Notes under the pieces: generated by a model
Told to the model about the DNA's origin: nothing
Database searches by the model: none
Seen by the model: only the letters and a program-made list of their open reading frames with translations
Source of the DNA: Eledone cirrhosa
Taxonomy: Eukaryota
Length of the DNA: 64,000 nt
Direction of reading: 5' to 3'
Assembly (NCBI GenBank): GCA_964016885.1
Contig: OZ024746.1
Span: forward strand, 96,100,001 to 96,164,000
In this document: in pieces, positions 36,086 to 49,973 of the stretch
Numbering within the stretch: position 1 is the first letter of the stretch
How the letters are laid out: every line of letters starts with the position of its first letter
Program-made: the position numbers and the translations under genes

Positions 36086-39000
36086 GTAAGTTTAATCGTT
36101 TTAATTAACTCTTGATATCTTTCAAATATTGATTTTTATTGTTTGTATTTTAAACTGTTAAAATGTTTCTCATTCTATACTGATTCACTCTAATCTGTCG
36201 TTAAAAAGGAATGTTAATGTTTAGTTTCAGCAAGATGTTAGCGTTTAGTTTCACCCAGAAAATCACAGTTCTTTCATCAATAAATGCATTAATGAAGTAG
36301 TAGCTCTGAGAAACAAGACAATAATTGATTAACTGAAACTAAAGACGATGGATTTGAACCTAAAATCTTTTAGTACTAAATTGTCTGCTACAAAAAGAAA
36401 ACTGGTTCTATAAATAATTTATTTCCATTCTTGAAATACCTTGCAGTGCACATTGCAACCTTGACACAGCTTCCTCTGTCATTAGATTACAATGAATTCG
36501 AATTTACAAGTAGTGAGTTCAATTGATTGCTATTGGCCCAATATGTGTCTCAACATCCTTCTCTTGCAAGCTTACAAAACACTCTTCAATTTCAACATGC
36601 TCATATTGATTAGCTTTTTCATTAACTATATTTCTGATATAGAATTTAGAGAGAGATTTAACTAATATATTATTTATCTGGTGTTTAGAACATAACAAAG
36701 GTTCTTACACAAAATTATGATGGAAGGTTTTTAAATTTAACCTTTTTCATTACCACTTTTCTAATGAATGATACTGCCTGAATTTTCAAATCATTTTGAA
36801 AATAGTTAAGAATCAGTAAAATTAATTATATTATTAAATTCTTCCTATTATCAAGTTAGTGTTTGTAACATAACTTAACAATGGTTCTTTCATGAATTTA
36901 GAAGGATTGGTTTTAACTATAACACTTCTATTCTACCATAGAATTATGTGAGATAATTATGTGAGGTAAAGCCTTTACTGCAAAAATATAATAGTATATA
37001 TAGAGTAATGTGAATGGTAAAGGGTTAAAGAGATAAAATATAGCCAATTCTCCTCTGTGGCTCAGAAACCTGGACACTCACCATTCACATAGAAAAACAC
37101 TTAGATGGTACAGATACCAACTTGGAAGAGTGAAGAATCTGAGGTAGTGGTCACATCCAACCAGACAATCTACAGAAGTCTGTGTCCAATATTACTCAGA
37201 CTGAAACCAAAAAGGTTCCAGTTCACAATCATTAAAGGGTTAAACTAAAGACCTAATGTTCAAACCGGCCAAAACCGGCCAGAATTCTCTACCTCTTTCT
37301 GCTGAAACTGGCTGTAACTGGTCACTCAAACTGACGTTAAGGTATTGTTCTCAAAATAAATACTTTCAAAATCTCATAGATTCGATATTATGTGAGATAA
37401 TTATGTGAGGTAAAGCCTTTACCATGAAAATACAATAGTATATATAGAGTAATGTGAATGTTATGTGAGGTATTATGTGAGGTAAAGCCTTTACCATGAA
37501 AATACAATAGTATATATAGAGTAATGTGAATGTTATGTGAGGTATTATGTGAGGTAAAGCCTTTACCATGAAAATACAATAGTATATATAGAGTAATGTG
37601 AATGGTAAAGGCTTAATCCCAGTGTGTGGTACCTTGGACTAATGTCATAGCCTTGATGACTTAAGCTTTGTGAGTGAAATTGTGCAGGCAGAAACTGCTT
37701 GGAAGCCCATCAGATAGGCTATACCTGTAATTCAAAGGGCTGGCCATGTCTCACTATGTCATGAATCTCCCTGAGAATTATGTTCAGCATAGATTTGTCT
37801 GTGGAATACTCATGATGGCTGTTCAATTGATTCTAAGTCCCACACCCAGTACAGCGGGTACTGTTAGAAGCAACTATTCCCAACTGATCCTGCTGGATCC
37901 CCAAGCATGACCAGCCAAGCTCATGGGTGTTATCAAACCATCTTGCTCGAGGTCTACCCCTGGGTCTCCTGCCGGTTGGTTTTTACCTGTAAAATCTGTC
38001 CAGCGATTTTTCCTGAGGCATTCTAACCACATGGTGTCTCTGAATTCAGAGAAGTAGCAGCTCTACTAACATTACCCCAAACACCCTTCAGAGGAACCCT
38101 ATTTCTGCCGCTTGTATTCGCGATCATATTCTTTCAGTCATTACCCAAGATTCATGACCATAGGTAAAGGTTGGCACGAATACTGAATTGAAGATTGCAA
38201 GTTTGGCTTTTACACCTACCTCCCTTCTTTTGATTACTGAGTACTGAAACTACCGCATTACTGCACCAGCTCCTGCAATTCTTGCACTTAATTCATCCTC
38301 CTGCCTTCCATCACTCATGAACAGTGATGGTGCCATGATAAAACACACCCAGTACACTCTGTAAAGTGGTAGTGCTGGTGCCATGATAAAACACACCCAG
38401 TACGCTAGCTTTCTCTGTAACTGTTATTATACAAAACATGTATGTTTTTCATTATGTAATTATATCATGTTAATTTTATGTTGGATAAATAAAAAAAAAA
38501 TGGAATATGAATTCATGCAGATCTTTTAAAATTAATGATATTAATTGTTTCTACTTTTGGCACAAGGCCAGCAATTACCCAGTGCATTACTGGTACTTTA
38601 TTTTATCGACCCCGTAAGGATGAAAGGCAAAGTTAACCTCGGCGGGATTTGAACTCAGAATGGCAAGGGCCGTAACTCTGTGCGTCAAAGCATGGTGTCC
38701 GACCCTCTACCGATACTGCCAATCCACCGCATAATGAAAATGATTGTGTACAGTGCTCAGGCGCACTACAACTCATCAAAGGTGCATGTATAGTACATAG
38801 AATAATGTACAAATGTCAGGAAAGTGAGCAGTATATGAGTCATACACACACACATGCATGTGTATGGGGGGGGAATGGGAAGCATGGAAGTTTTGAAGGA
38901 TGCAGTGTCCTCTCAGCTAATAACTGATGCTGGTAGTTTAATTGTTTCTACATATTTGGTGTATTCCTTATTTCACTTAACATTAACCCTTTAGCATTTA

Positions 39001-39469
39001 AACTGGCGATAACTAGCCACTCATACTGACGTTAAGGTATTGTTCTCAAAATAAATAACATCAAAATCTTGTAGATTCGATATTATGTGAGATAATTATG
39101 TGAGGTAAAGACTTTACTGTGAAAATACAATAGTAAATATAGAGTAATGTAAATGGTAAAGGGTTAAAACGTTTCACAAAACCTTCATATGATATTATTC
39201 GGTATATGTAAGCCTGATAATCATGCTTAAATTACTTCAGACCAACTAACTTATATATAACTAACTTATATATATATATTCTTTACCTTCATTAAAGTAT
39301 CAAGTACCAAGTCTTATTAGTAACTAGTGGGACCGGCAGAAATACCACAGATAAAAAATTAATAGGAGCTATTTAATTCTTTAGTATTTAAATTGATCAT
39401 ATCTGGCCAGAATTCTCTCACCTCTTTCTATTCAAATTGGCCAAACCAACTGCTCATACTATACTAATG

Positions 39470-41444
39470 ATTGCATTGAGACTAAATACTCCAACCTAAT
39501 TGTTGCAAATGAGGAAGTTGCTTTTTCCAGCTTACCCAAAAAAACCAAAAGGAAGCTCATGAAATTGAGCTCACATATTTTAGTATCCTCAGATTGCAAA
39601 CAACTCAAATCCAACTAGTTTACTGAAAAGTGAAATGACCCAATGCAAAAAAGACCTTGATGAGGCGGACACAACTGCTCTTGCAGAGTAGGTAGAAGGT
39701 AAAATAAACAAACTTAAGACCCATCATATAAACAAACAGCACGCAGCTGCATGGGCTTTAATCAATGAAATAACTGGCAGAAAAGAGAAACCTTCACCCA
39801 TCATCAAAGGAGGCTCTCAAGAAGCTAGGAAAAAGAGCTGGACTGACCACTTCAAGGGTCTACTGGGTGAACCATCCCCTGTAGGTGATCTCCCAAAGTC
39901 TAGTATCACCTGGACTCGACATCTCCACTGGACTTTTCACCTTGAGTGAGAATAACCAGGTGATCAAAACACTTGAAAAGAAAAAAATCACCTGGTCTCG
40001 ACAATGATTTGGAAAGACCCAAACCTTACTTCAGTCCTATTATCAATCTGCAACGACACCTTAAACAACAAAATTCCTCCAAGTTGGCTAAAAGCAGGCA
40101 TAGTTCCTGTCTCCAAAAAAGGTGACCTCTCATTCCTCACAAAACTACTAAGGAATATCACTTATGCCCATTGCTGCCAAGAACTACAAACAAATCCTCA
40201 ATAGTTCTGTATGTTGATCCAATACTTCACATCAACCAAAACGGTTTTAAGCGTGGTAGATCTACACTTACACAGATTGTGGCCTTGAGAAGAGTAGTGG
40301 AAGAGATGAGAAACTCCAACAGACAAATGGCTCTAGTTTTTGTTGACTTTAGAAAAGCTTTTGACAGCATAAACATTCTGTTTGAAATTATACCCTTTAT
40401 GGCATACCAGCAAGACTTGTGGAAGCAATTAAGGCTCTGTATCTCAACACACGTGCCACTATCATCCGTCCTGATGGCCCAACAGAGTTCTTTGACATCT
40501 CAGCAGGAGTGCTGCAGAGTGACACTCTTGCCCCATTACTCTTTATCATTGCACTAGACTACACCCTGAAACTCTCAATTGACAAAATCAATAACGAAGG
40601 TATAACCATCAAACCTTGCATGAGCTCTAGGCACCCCTCTAAACATCTCAGTGACCTTGACTTTGCAGATGACATTGCACTTCTTGCAGATTGCCTAGAA
40701 AATGTGCAACAACTTTTGACATCTCTCCACGAAACAGCCGCCCTCGTTGGTCTTCATCTCTACAAGGGTAAAACAGTACATATCAAACTGTACAGGCAAC
40801 AGCATCAAAGCAATCAATGGCAGTGATATCAAGCAAATTAAGGATTTCAAATATCTTGGGTCCTGGACTCTGAGAAGGATTTTGCCACCAGAAAGGCCCA
40901 AGCATGGTTAGCTTGGAACAAGATGGATCGAGTTTGGCGCTCAAATCTTTCCAACCACACCAAGATCAGACTCTTCCAAGTAACAATTCAACCAATCTTG
41001 CTATATGGCAGTGAAACATGGACTCTTTCGTCCAAACAACAAAAGCACCTTGATGGCACTTACACTACTACTACCTTGATGGTACTTACACTACTACTAC
41101 CTTGCTGGCACCTACACTACTACTACCTTGATGGTACTTACACTACTACTACCTTGCTGGCACCTACACTACTACTACCTTGATGGTACTTACACTACTA
41201 CTACCTTGCTGGCACCTACACTACTACTACCTTGATGGTACTTACACTACTACTACCTTGCTGGCACCTACATTACTACTACCTTGATGGTACTTACACT
41301 ACTACTACCTTGCTGGCACCTACATTACTACTACCTTGATGGTACTTACACTACTACTACCTTGCTGGCACCTACACTACTACTACCTTAATGGCACCTA
41401 CACTACTACTACCTTGATGGCACTTACACTACTACTACTACTAG

Positions 41445-41495
<51 letters not shown>

Positions 41496-41867
41496 CACTA
41501 CTACCTTGAGGCACTTACACTCGCCTGCTTCAACGCATTCAGAACATAAGCTGGTGACATCTGACTTTGAGAGAGATGTATGCTGGCCCCCCACACATAT
41601 CTGTTGTTGTATGTAAAAGGAGAGTAAGATTTGCTAGCCACTGCCACCGAGCCACCTATGAGGCTGTCCCCCCATTGCCCCATTAGTGATTTAGTAACCT
41701 CAAGCAGTCAATAATAACAGGGGGCACAAGCTCTCCTATCCCGATGTCATCTCCAGAGATTCTGGTATTGAAATCCAGGATTTTGCAATGGCAATGAACG
41801 ACAGACCCACATGGAGATCAATTGTTGACTCCATTTCGGCTGAGGCCGTCAGATGATGATGATGATG
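39470..41867 (+). mobile_element. RTE-clade LINE family 3, degenerate, inserted in a MITE
   Basis: QNGFKRGRST, FVDFRKAFDSI, GVLQSDTLAPLLF, DFADDIALL, LLYGSETWTL and a (GAT)n tail. ACTAATG TSD at 39463-39469 and 41868-41874. 3' fragment of the same family at 56838-57148. Confidence 0.9.
41047..41520. repeat. 26 bp minisatellite (alternating A/B units) plus (ACT)n inside the LINE
   Basis: Units ACCTTGATGGTACTTACACTACTACT and ACCTTGCTGGCACCTACACTACTACT. Confidence 0.92.
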
Positions 41868-42983
41868 ACTAATGTTGAGGTATTGTTCTCAAAATAAATC
41901 ATATCAAAATCTCGTAGATACAATATTATGTAAGATAATTATGTGAAATAAAGTATTTACCATGAAAATACAATAGTAAATATAGAGTAATGTAAATGCT
42001 AAAGGGTTAAGAGACATTCAACAAGTTGTATATTATCTCTTATCTCTTCTCCCCTGTTATCTTAGTCTACCTTGCTCTAAAATGATATGCCTCTGTTCTT
42101 CATTCATCTCCTTATGTCTCTACACATACATACACACAATTCATTATGCTTGTGTATATGCATATGTGTACACTTATATGTATGAGAATATAAATATAAA
42201 CACGCATACACACTCGCTCAAACGCACACATACACTCACACAAGTGTAGCTAATCTTCGAACGCTCATCGCTACAGCATTTCACCAACCCCTTCCTTCCT
42301 CAATCATTACATAGATGTGTGTGTATATAATAATTATTTAGTATAATGTGTCTATTTATGAATATGTATGATGTATGTGCATGTGTGTGTGTTTGCACTT
42401 CTCTTGTTTGTATCTGTTTATGTATTTATGTATAGATGTGTGTATGTGTAACTAAAGTGTAACATGAACAAATGGATGAAACACACCAAGAATTATAAGA
42501 TTTAACCCTTTAGCATTTACATTACTCTATATATACTATTATATTTTCATGGTAAACACTTTATTTCACATAATTATCTCACGTAATATCTAATCTATGA
42601 GATTTTGATATTATTCATTTTGAGAACAATACCTTAACATCAGTATGAGCAGCTAGTTACGGTTGGTTTGAATAGAAAGAGATAGAGAATTCTGGCCAGA
42701 TATGGCTGGTTTAACCCTTAGCATTTAAACTGGTGATATCCAGCCAGAATTCTCTCACCTCTTCCTGTTCAAACTAGCCATAACTGGCCACTCATACTGA
42801 TGTTAAAGTATTGTTCTCAAAATAAATAACATCAAAATTTCGTAGATTTTATATTATGTGAGGTAAAGCCTTTAACATAAAAATATAATAGTATATATAG
42901 AGTAATGTAAATGCTAAAGAGTTAACTAATAATATCTTATCCATAATGGATATAATGTGAAGTTTTAATGTTTGTTATTCCAG

Positions 42984-43099
42984 ACTTACATTGGCCCTGT
43001 GTTAGTATCAGTGAATCCCTACCATCAACTGGACATCTATAACAATGAGGTTATGAAGAGTTACCGTAATGTCAACTTCTATGAACTTCCTCCACACAT
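42984..43099 (+). CDS. MYO1C: Myosin I coding exon 2
   Basis: ttccag|[38 protein letters not shown]+AT|gtgagt. 116 bp, phase 0 to 2. Confidence 0.95.
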
Positions 43100-43139
43100 G
43101 TGAGTTTAAAATAACAATTTATTACCAATCAATAAATTA

Positions 43140-44110
43140 CACTGCTCAACAAAATTTTTCTTTTTTTTCTGCTAACCTAAGCTTGAGACCTGTTCTTGAA
43201 TAATTTGGGGCCCCTCAGTTTGAAAATGATAATACTTTTTTTCTATCACATCAAGTTTTTTATCTATGGGCTGGTCCATATTGGCCCCACCCATAGCTAC
43301 AAGAGATATCACACTGCTCAACAAAATTTTGCTTTTTTTTTCTGTTGACCTAAGTTTGAGACCTGTTCTTGGGTAATCTATATATATAAAACTGTGGTTG
43401 TCTGTCTGTCTATCGATTTTTGGCACACATCTCCTCTTAGAATCTCTCACGGAATTGCACCGAAATTGCTATACTTGTACATTGAGCCCTAGCGAAGACA
43501 TCGGAAAAAAAAATATTTCAAATTGACCCACCCTATGTGACGAAATCGAATATAATGTATCGATTTTTGAGCGTAAGTTATCAGTTATTTCCCTTTGTTC
43601 TGTTTACATTGAGCGTCTTACGTAAAAAATTACGCTGGCTTTCTCAGTCTTTGTTAATAAATAACCAGTGCAGTTTCTATCCCCAGCATCCTCTTTTGTT
43701 ATAACATTCGGGTTATCGTTATGTTTTCTTAACTTCATAAGGCATATTGTTGGTTGAGGGAATATTAATCAAAAACACCACATGCAAGTCTGCACAGTAG
43801 ACACTACAGTTTTTAAGCCAAGAAAGAAACTTAACATTGTAACTTTAACACAGCTACTGAGCGACCCCGAGCAACGCCGGGCTTTACTGCTAGTAACAAA
43901 TACTTTTTTCCTATCGCATCAAGTTTTCACTTGGCCAACAAGAAGGGTATACAAAATATCTGTGTTTCTTGAGTTTATGGAATAGCTGAGCAAAAAATAA
44001 ACGTGAAATGATGTGTTAGGGGGAATTGATGCCATATTTGAAATCAGCACCTCGAAATTAGCTAAAAACAACAATAAAACCTAAGTCAGTAAAAAGTGTG
44101 TTGACCAGTG
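43140..44110. mobile_element. TIR element (CACTGCTCAACA...TGTTGACCAGTG) with duplicated left end
   Basis: Imperfect 12 bp TIR. Left end occurs at 43140 and 43311. Interrupted by a Helitron. Confidence 0.55.
43377..43893 (+). mobile_element. Non-autonomous Helitron
   Basis: A|TC...CTAG|T termini, subterminal hairpin CCCGAGCAACGCCGGG (43866-43881), (GTCT)n near the 5' end, no TSD. Confidence 0.85.
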
Positions 44111-45248
44111 TTATGAATGTGTGATTGCATGTGAATGAACTCAACCAGTTTGGAAATAAGTACACCATATTTCTACATATCATAAAAAGGGACTAAAAGG
44201 GTTGATGTCAGAAAAAGCATTTGACTGTAAAACATTGCCTCAAAAGTCCCATCAAACCCGCGGCAGCATGGAAAATGATCATCATTGTTTAACGTCCATT
44301 TTCCACACTAGCCTGGGTAGGATAGGTTGTCCCTTTGGGAGAGATCTGGTCAGACAGGGCTGATTTTGGCTTGGTTTCTACAGCTGGATGCCCTTCCTAA
44401 CATCAACCACATTTACAGTGTGTGGAAAGTGGAAACAAAAATGATGATGGTGATGGTGATGACCAGAGATGCATGTATTTGATGGTCATAAGAATAGAAC
44501 TTTGTCAGCTTTGCCTTCCACGCTTTCAGGGTTGATAAAATAAATTACCAGTCCAAGGTGTTGGTGTGGAGGAGCATGGCCTAGTGGCACAAGGCCAGCA
44601 ATTACCCAGCACATTACTGGTACTTTATTTTATCGACCCCGTAAGGATGAAAGGCAAAGTTAACCTCAGCGGGATTTGAACTCAGAATAGCAAGGGCCGT
44701 AACTCTATGCTGGATAGCATGGTGTCCGACCCTCTTCCGATACGGCCAATCCATAGCCCTGTAAATAATGAACTCAGAAAGCAAAACCAACAATAAACAA
44801 AGCATCTAGTGGAGAAGACCGTCAGATTCTCAAACTTGTAATAATTACATTCAGAAAAACTGAGCCAATCATGAACAACTAATTATCTATATTAGAGTTA
44901 AGACATCCCCCTCCAAAACCCCTACCTCAGACATATGTATGTTGTGAGGAGAAATATAATTTGTTTTGTGGATAAATATGTAGACATAGTTAGATAAATA
45001 TAAGCAGCCACATTCTGTTAGGCTTTTACTGCTCCTCATCATTTGACTGAGGCCATGCTGGGGCACTATTTTCAAGAGTTTTTTTGACATTTTTTCTTTT
45101 TCATTTTTTTTGCTCTCCATTCATTAAATTGGTGAATTACATCCATTTACAGAGTTGCCTCCCCCTCTGGTGTAAATGCCATACAAAATTTACAGATGAA
45201 CATCCATGCATCTCCCTCTTTCCATTTTTCTATATATATATATATATA

Positions 45249-46545
45249 CTAGCTGGCCCATCCTGCTGGCATCCGGCTAGGTATACCACCATTTTACCTT
45301 TTCAGAAAGCCCCCCTACCTTCACTCCAGTGTAAAGATACCGCACGCCCTCTCAAGTCAGATTGTCGTTCCGAGTACGTATCAAGGGCGGGGAGCTATTG
45401 TGGTGACTCATTTCTGACGCGTGAAAAATACCACCACCACCACCAGCTTTTCAGTAAGGTTATGTGATGATAGGAACTTTTAAGTTCAGATGTGTATGTG
45501 GAAATAAACAACTTTTTTTGAAAAGCTATTTAAGTTTTGAAATTTCTTTAAATTTTCTTCAGTTATCACGCATAAGCGCGCAAATACACGTAAAGCATTT
45601 CCGTTAAGATGAAGTAAATACCACTTTAATTTTAAGAAAAGAAAGTCGAAAGTAACTTTAAAATCCAAGAAGATCATCGTCGTTACATAATAGTGCTTGT
45701 TTTCGAGGACATAAAAAATAATTTGTTCCCAGAATATTTTGATTTTTCAGTCACTGATACCAAAATTCTTATTGATTACTGTAGGCAAACAAATATTGAT
45801 GACAGCCCTGTAACAAATTTTCTCAGAATTGTTCTACTTATGTCCTCTTAAAAATCAGGCTCAGTTTTGGAAGGACCTGTATGGCACATTGATGCTGTAA
45901 TGCAATGTGGATGCAGTCAGCTTGTGAACTCACCTGCTGAAATCTGGCTTGTTCTGTCTGTGTTGCTCTCCTGCCTTCTGCATGGGACCTCAGTTGCTGA
46001 AGGCGAGACTGGCGCTGCTCTTGAGACTGGGCTGATCGAATGGCTCTCACATGAGTCCTCATCTGCTGAAGGTGAGACTGGCGTTCCTCTTCAGAGTGAC
46101 CTGCTCCACTGGCTCTTGCAGGAGTCCTCATCTGCTGAAGGCGTCGTTCGTGATCATATTCAGACTCTGCTGCTCTAGTAACATTTTTTCTTCTGGAAAA
46201 TCGGATCTAGCGGACAGGCCGGACTTTTTTGGTGGCATATCGGCAGTAACAATGATTGTTCGAACAGGGTCATGTTTGCTCTTTATATAGGTGTTATTCA
46301 GGGGAGGGTGATGCATAGAAATCGAATAACCAATCAAGTTATGAGGGGTCAATCATGACTGATAGTGATTGGCTTCAGTTAAAATGTGTTTGCACGCGCG
46401 TGTGACAAAAGGTCAAAGGGGGCATTGTGTTGTTTAGTGAGATTGGTGGTGCTAATCTGTATGCCACCTACATGGGAAGATGAGAAAGCTAGCTCCATCG
46501 ATTTCATTCAATAAATCCACCATTGGCATGTTCTACGGCATTCAC
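45249..46545 (-). mobile_element. Helitron deletion derivative between (TA)n tracts
   Basis: Minus-strand 3' end ...GGCCAGCTAG|T with a GC-rich subterminal segment. Relic ORF MPPKKSGL... and STPR-like repeats (SEEERQSHLQQMR, SQEQRQSRLQQLR), typical of Helitron Rep/Hel N-termini. Confidence 0.72.
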
Positions 46546-46719
46546 ATATATATATATATATATTATATAGCTGACGTACCTAGCTTCGCTTGGATAAACA
46601 GACAAGCTGTCTGTGCTTTCGTACTAAATGTAAACAAATCGCTGCATAGTTAACAAAATAAATACAATGTTTGTTAGACAGATACATAGCTATATGTCTT
46701 TTTTATATGTGAAATTCGT

Positions 46720-47242
46720 CAAGTCTACTGGGCTGAGTCCCAGCCGGTCCCTCGTCTCACAGGCGGCCTCACGTTCTCTGAACACAGAGGGTTCTATTGT
46801 TTTGGAGAACCCTGCTGATGAGGACATGGCACGAGGTTACCGACAAAAGATACGCCGGCAAAGCCAGTGAGATCGGAGACCGGAGGCCAAGGCCGCCATA
46901 CCTGACAGGTAAAGTGGCATGTTGCCATCCAATGACGTCAAACGTGACGTTACATATATCCTCGGCTGCTTCTCGGATACAAGTATCGAGGTCAGCGAGG
47001 AGAGATGTGTGAGTGTAGCACGGAGCGCTGTGAAGGGTATAGAGGAGCTTTGGCATGGTGAAGCAGTTCCTCAACAGAAAGAGGGCTGGGTGGCCATCGA
47101 TCAAGCCCAGTCGGCTCGTGAGAGTCTGGAGTTGTTGAAGCCTGGACCTGATGGTAGAGCGGATGGCCAGTGGGTGGATCAGTGACCCGAGGATGAGATC
47201 TTCTTTAGGGGTCACCTGCACCTGGTGGAGAATGGACCGCAC
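46720..47242 (-). mobile_element. CRE-clade non-LTR retrotransposon fragment (post-RT region)
   Basis: Open 157 aa frame with ALFLLRNCFTMPKLLYTL and WQHATLPVRYGGLGLRSPISLALPAYL. Confidence 0.7.
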
Positions 47243-47569
47243 ATCCGAGATTTTGTTTTTGTAGTTCTATTTTCCGATGTATTGTGTGTTTGTGTATGCA
47301 AAAATATCTGTACACCAATATATAATTATAAATGTATAAATATTTCGTATCTCCAAAGAAATACGGTTTTAGGAAGCCGTAGCTATGCAAACACCGGGGG
47401 GGGGGGGACTAACGCCCTCTGGTGATGTCCAGCAGAAGTCATTTAGGTGGCTTTCCACTCCTGGTGATTGTTATAGCTGTCTCCATCATACTGATGGTAA
47501 TGCTGTTTGTGTAGGAGCTGGTGTCTTCTACTGACTCCAGTGAGTTAGGTCCTCCTATTCCATGTAGAA

Positions 47570-47760
47570 CAGTCGTCTGTAAGAGATTTAGTATCCTCCC
47601 AGCTCAGTTCTTCCACATCTAGATCCTTCAGGACTGTCCTCTTCTATGTTGTTAATAGGTGTCCATATTTCCTTTTTCCACCTTCTGGCTTCCAGTCAAA
47701 GGAGAGCCTTCTATGTTTTGCTGATGGCATTCTAAAGACGACATGTCCAAGAAGTCTCAG
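47570..47760 (-). mobile_element. LINE C-terminal relic (RTE-like)
   Basis: Encodes LRLLGHVVFRMP...SFDWKPEGGKRKYGH. Confidence 0.55.
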
Positions 47761-47867
47761 TACCTTGTCCTTATTGTTCAGTAGCAACTGGAATTCTGTG
47801 GCCTTGCCAAAGACAACTGGTGGAATATTAGAGCAAGAGATTGGACACCAAGGCAAGATGATATAAT

Positions 47868-48050
47868 TGTTTCTACTTTAGGCACAAGGCCAGCAATTAC
47901 CCAGTGTATTACTGGTACTTTATTTTATCAACCCCGTAAGGATGAGAGGCAAAGTCAACCTCGGCGGGATTTGAACTCAGACCGTAAAGGGACGTAACTA
48001 TGCTGGAAAGCATGGCGTCCGACTCTCTACCGATACTGCCAATCTCGCCG
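47868..48050 (-). mobile_element. SINE group A full-length copy with 18 bp TSD
   Basis: AAGGCAAGATGATATAAT at 47850-47867 and 48051-48068. Confidence 0.92.
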
Positions 48051-48192
48051 AAGGCAAGATGATATAATGATCTGACCTGATACCTCAGCCCTACATGACC
48101 CCATATGGCCAGAGATAGGAAGTAGTGGAGGTCAGCCAGGGATGAGTTCCTCCAACAGGAGTAAGAAAGTCCTGGATTTGGATTTACATATA

Positions 48193-48517
48193 AAGACCTC
48201 CTTCACTCATGAATGACCATTGGTTTTTCACCTAGGATGTTCCCCTCCAAGGCACAAGCTAGGGCAAGGTTTGTTGGCGAAAGACCAGCAGTCGCCCATG
48301 TATACCAGTCTCTCCTCTCCACGCCACTAATGTTGTCCAAAGGAAAGACAAAGGCTGATTCAGCTTGGCATCAGTGACGTCACAACTCATATCTACAGTT
48401 GAGTGAACTGGAGCAACATGAAATAAAGTGTCTTGCTCAAGGACACTGATCCAGGAATCGAACTCATAACCTCACAATTGTGAGCTCAACGTTCAAACCA
48501 CTAAGCCATGCCCCTTC
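48193..48517 (-). mobile_element. SINE group B, tail variant 4
   Basis: Head and core on the minus strand at 48390-48517, with a distinct tail containing CATGGGCGACTGCTGGTCTT. Confidence 0.7.
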
Positions 48518-49774
48518 ACACACACACACACACATAATGTTTGTTTATATGGCGATGGATTGGCAGTATTGCTATTCTGAGTTCAAATCCCTCCGAGGTT
48601 AACTTTGCATTTCATCCTTATGGGGTCGATACATAAAGTACCAGTAATGCACTGGGATAATTGCTGGCCTGTTGCCAAAAGTAGAAACAATTATTATTGG
48701 TAATAGTTCAAAAACACTTTCTGTCTCTGGGATGACTACATTTCAAATTTCAAATTTTCTCAGTACTTCTTAAGACAACCAATTTGTTTACTGTGATATT
48801 TGTTTTATATGTATTGTCAAAGTTATTCTATATTGCAAATTTTCTCAATACTTCTTAACCTTTAAGACGCTGAATTATTGTTATGAATTGCTTCCTTTGA
48901 CTCTGCATTAAGGGGAGTGAATTGGCAGTATCGGTAGAGGGTCGGACGCCATGCTTTCCAGCAGAGTTATCTCCCTTTATGGTCTGAGTTCAAATCCCGT
49001 CGAGGTTAACTTTGCCTTTCATCCTTACGAGGTCGATAAAATAAAGTACCAGTAATGCACTGAGTAATTGCTGGCCTTGTGCCAAATGTAGAAACAATTA
49101 TGTATTAAGGGGAGATTACTCTTTCACAATTTGTCACCAACAGCGTGCTGAAGGTTAAGTCAACCATTTTATTTAATGATATATGTTTTAGACATGTTGC
49201 TAAACAGTTATTCTATATTTCACATTTTCTCAATACTGCTTAACCCTTTAACATTTACATTACTCTATATTTAATATTGTATTGAAATGGTAATGAAAAT
49301 ATAATATTAAATATAGAGTAATGGATTGTCAGTATCGGTGGAGGGTCGGACGCCATACTTTGCAGTACAGAGTTACAGCCCTTTGTGTTCTGAATTCAAA
49401 TCCCGCCAAGGTTAACTTTGCCTTTCATCCTTAAGGGGTGAAAATAATTGTTTCTACTTTTGGGATAATTGCTGGCCTTGTGCCAAAAGTAGAAACAATT
49501 ATATTTTCATGGTAAAGTCTTTACCTCACATAATTATCTCACATAATATCGAATCTGAGATTTTGATATTATTTATTTTGGGAACAATACCTTAACATCA
49601 GTATGAGTGGCCAATTACAGCCAGTTTGAACAGAAAGAGGTGAGAGAATTCTGTCCAGATATAGCTGGTTTAAATGCTAAAGGGTTAAGCCAACCAATTT
49701 GTTTAATGTGATATGTTTTAGACCTGTTGTCAAACAGTTATTCTATAATCTATCTTCAACTTTTCTGTTCACAG

Positions 49775-49973
49775 TTTTGCAATTGCCGATGCTGCTTATC
49801 GGTCAATGAGAGGAGAGAACCATGACCAGTGTGTACTTATCTCTGGAGAATCTGGAGCTGGTAAAACGGAAGCATCGAAAAAGTTGCTTCAGTACATTGC
49901 AGCATGCAATGTTCATTCCAGTGAAGTTGAAAGGGTCAAAGACAGACTTTTAAAATCTAACCCAGTTTTAGAG
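49775..49973 (+). CDS. MYO1C: Myosin I coding exon 3 (P-loop)
   Basis: acag|T+[66 protein letters not shown]|gtaagt. Contains the GESGAGKT P-loop. 199 bp, phase matches exon 2. Confidence 0.96.
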
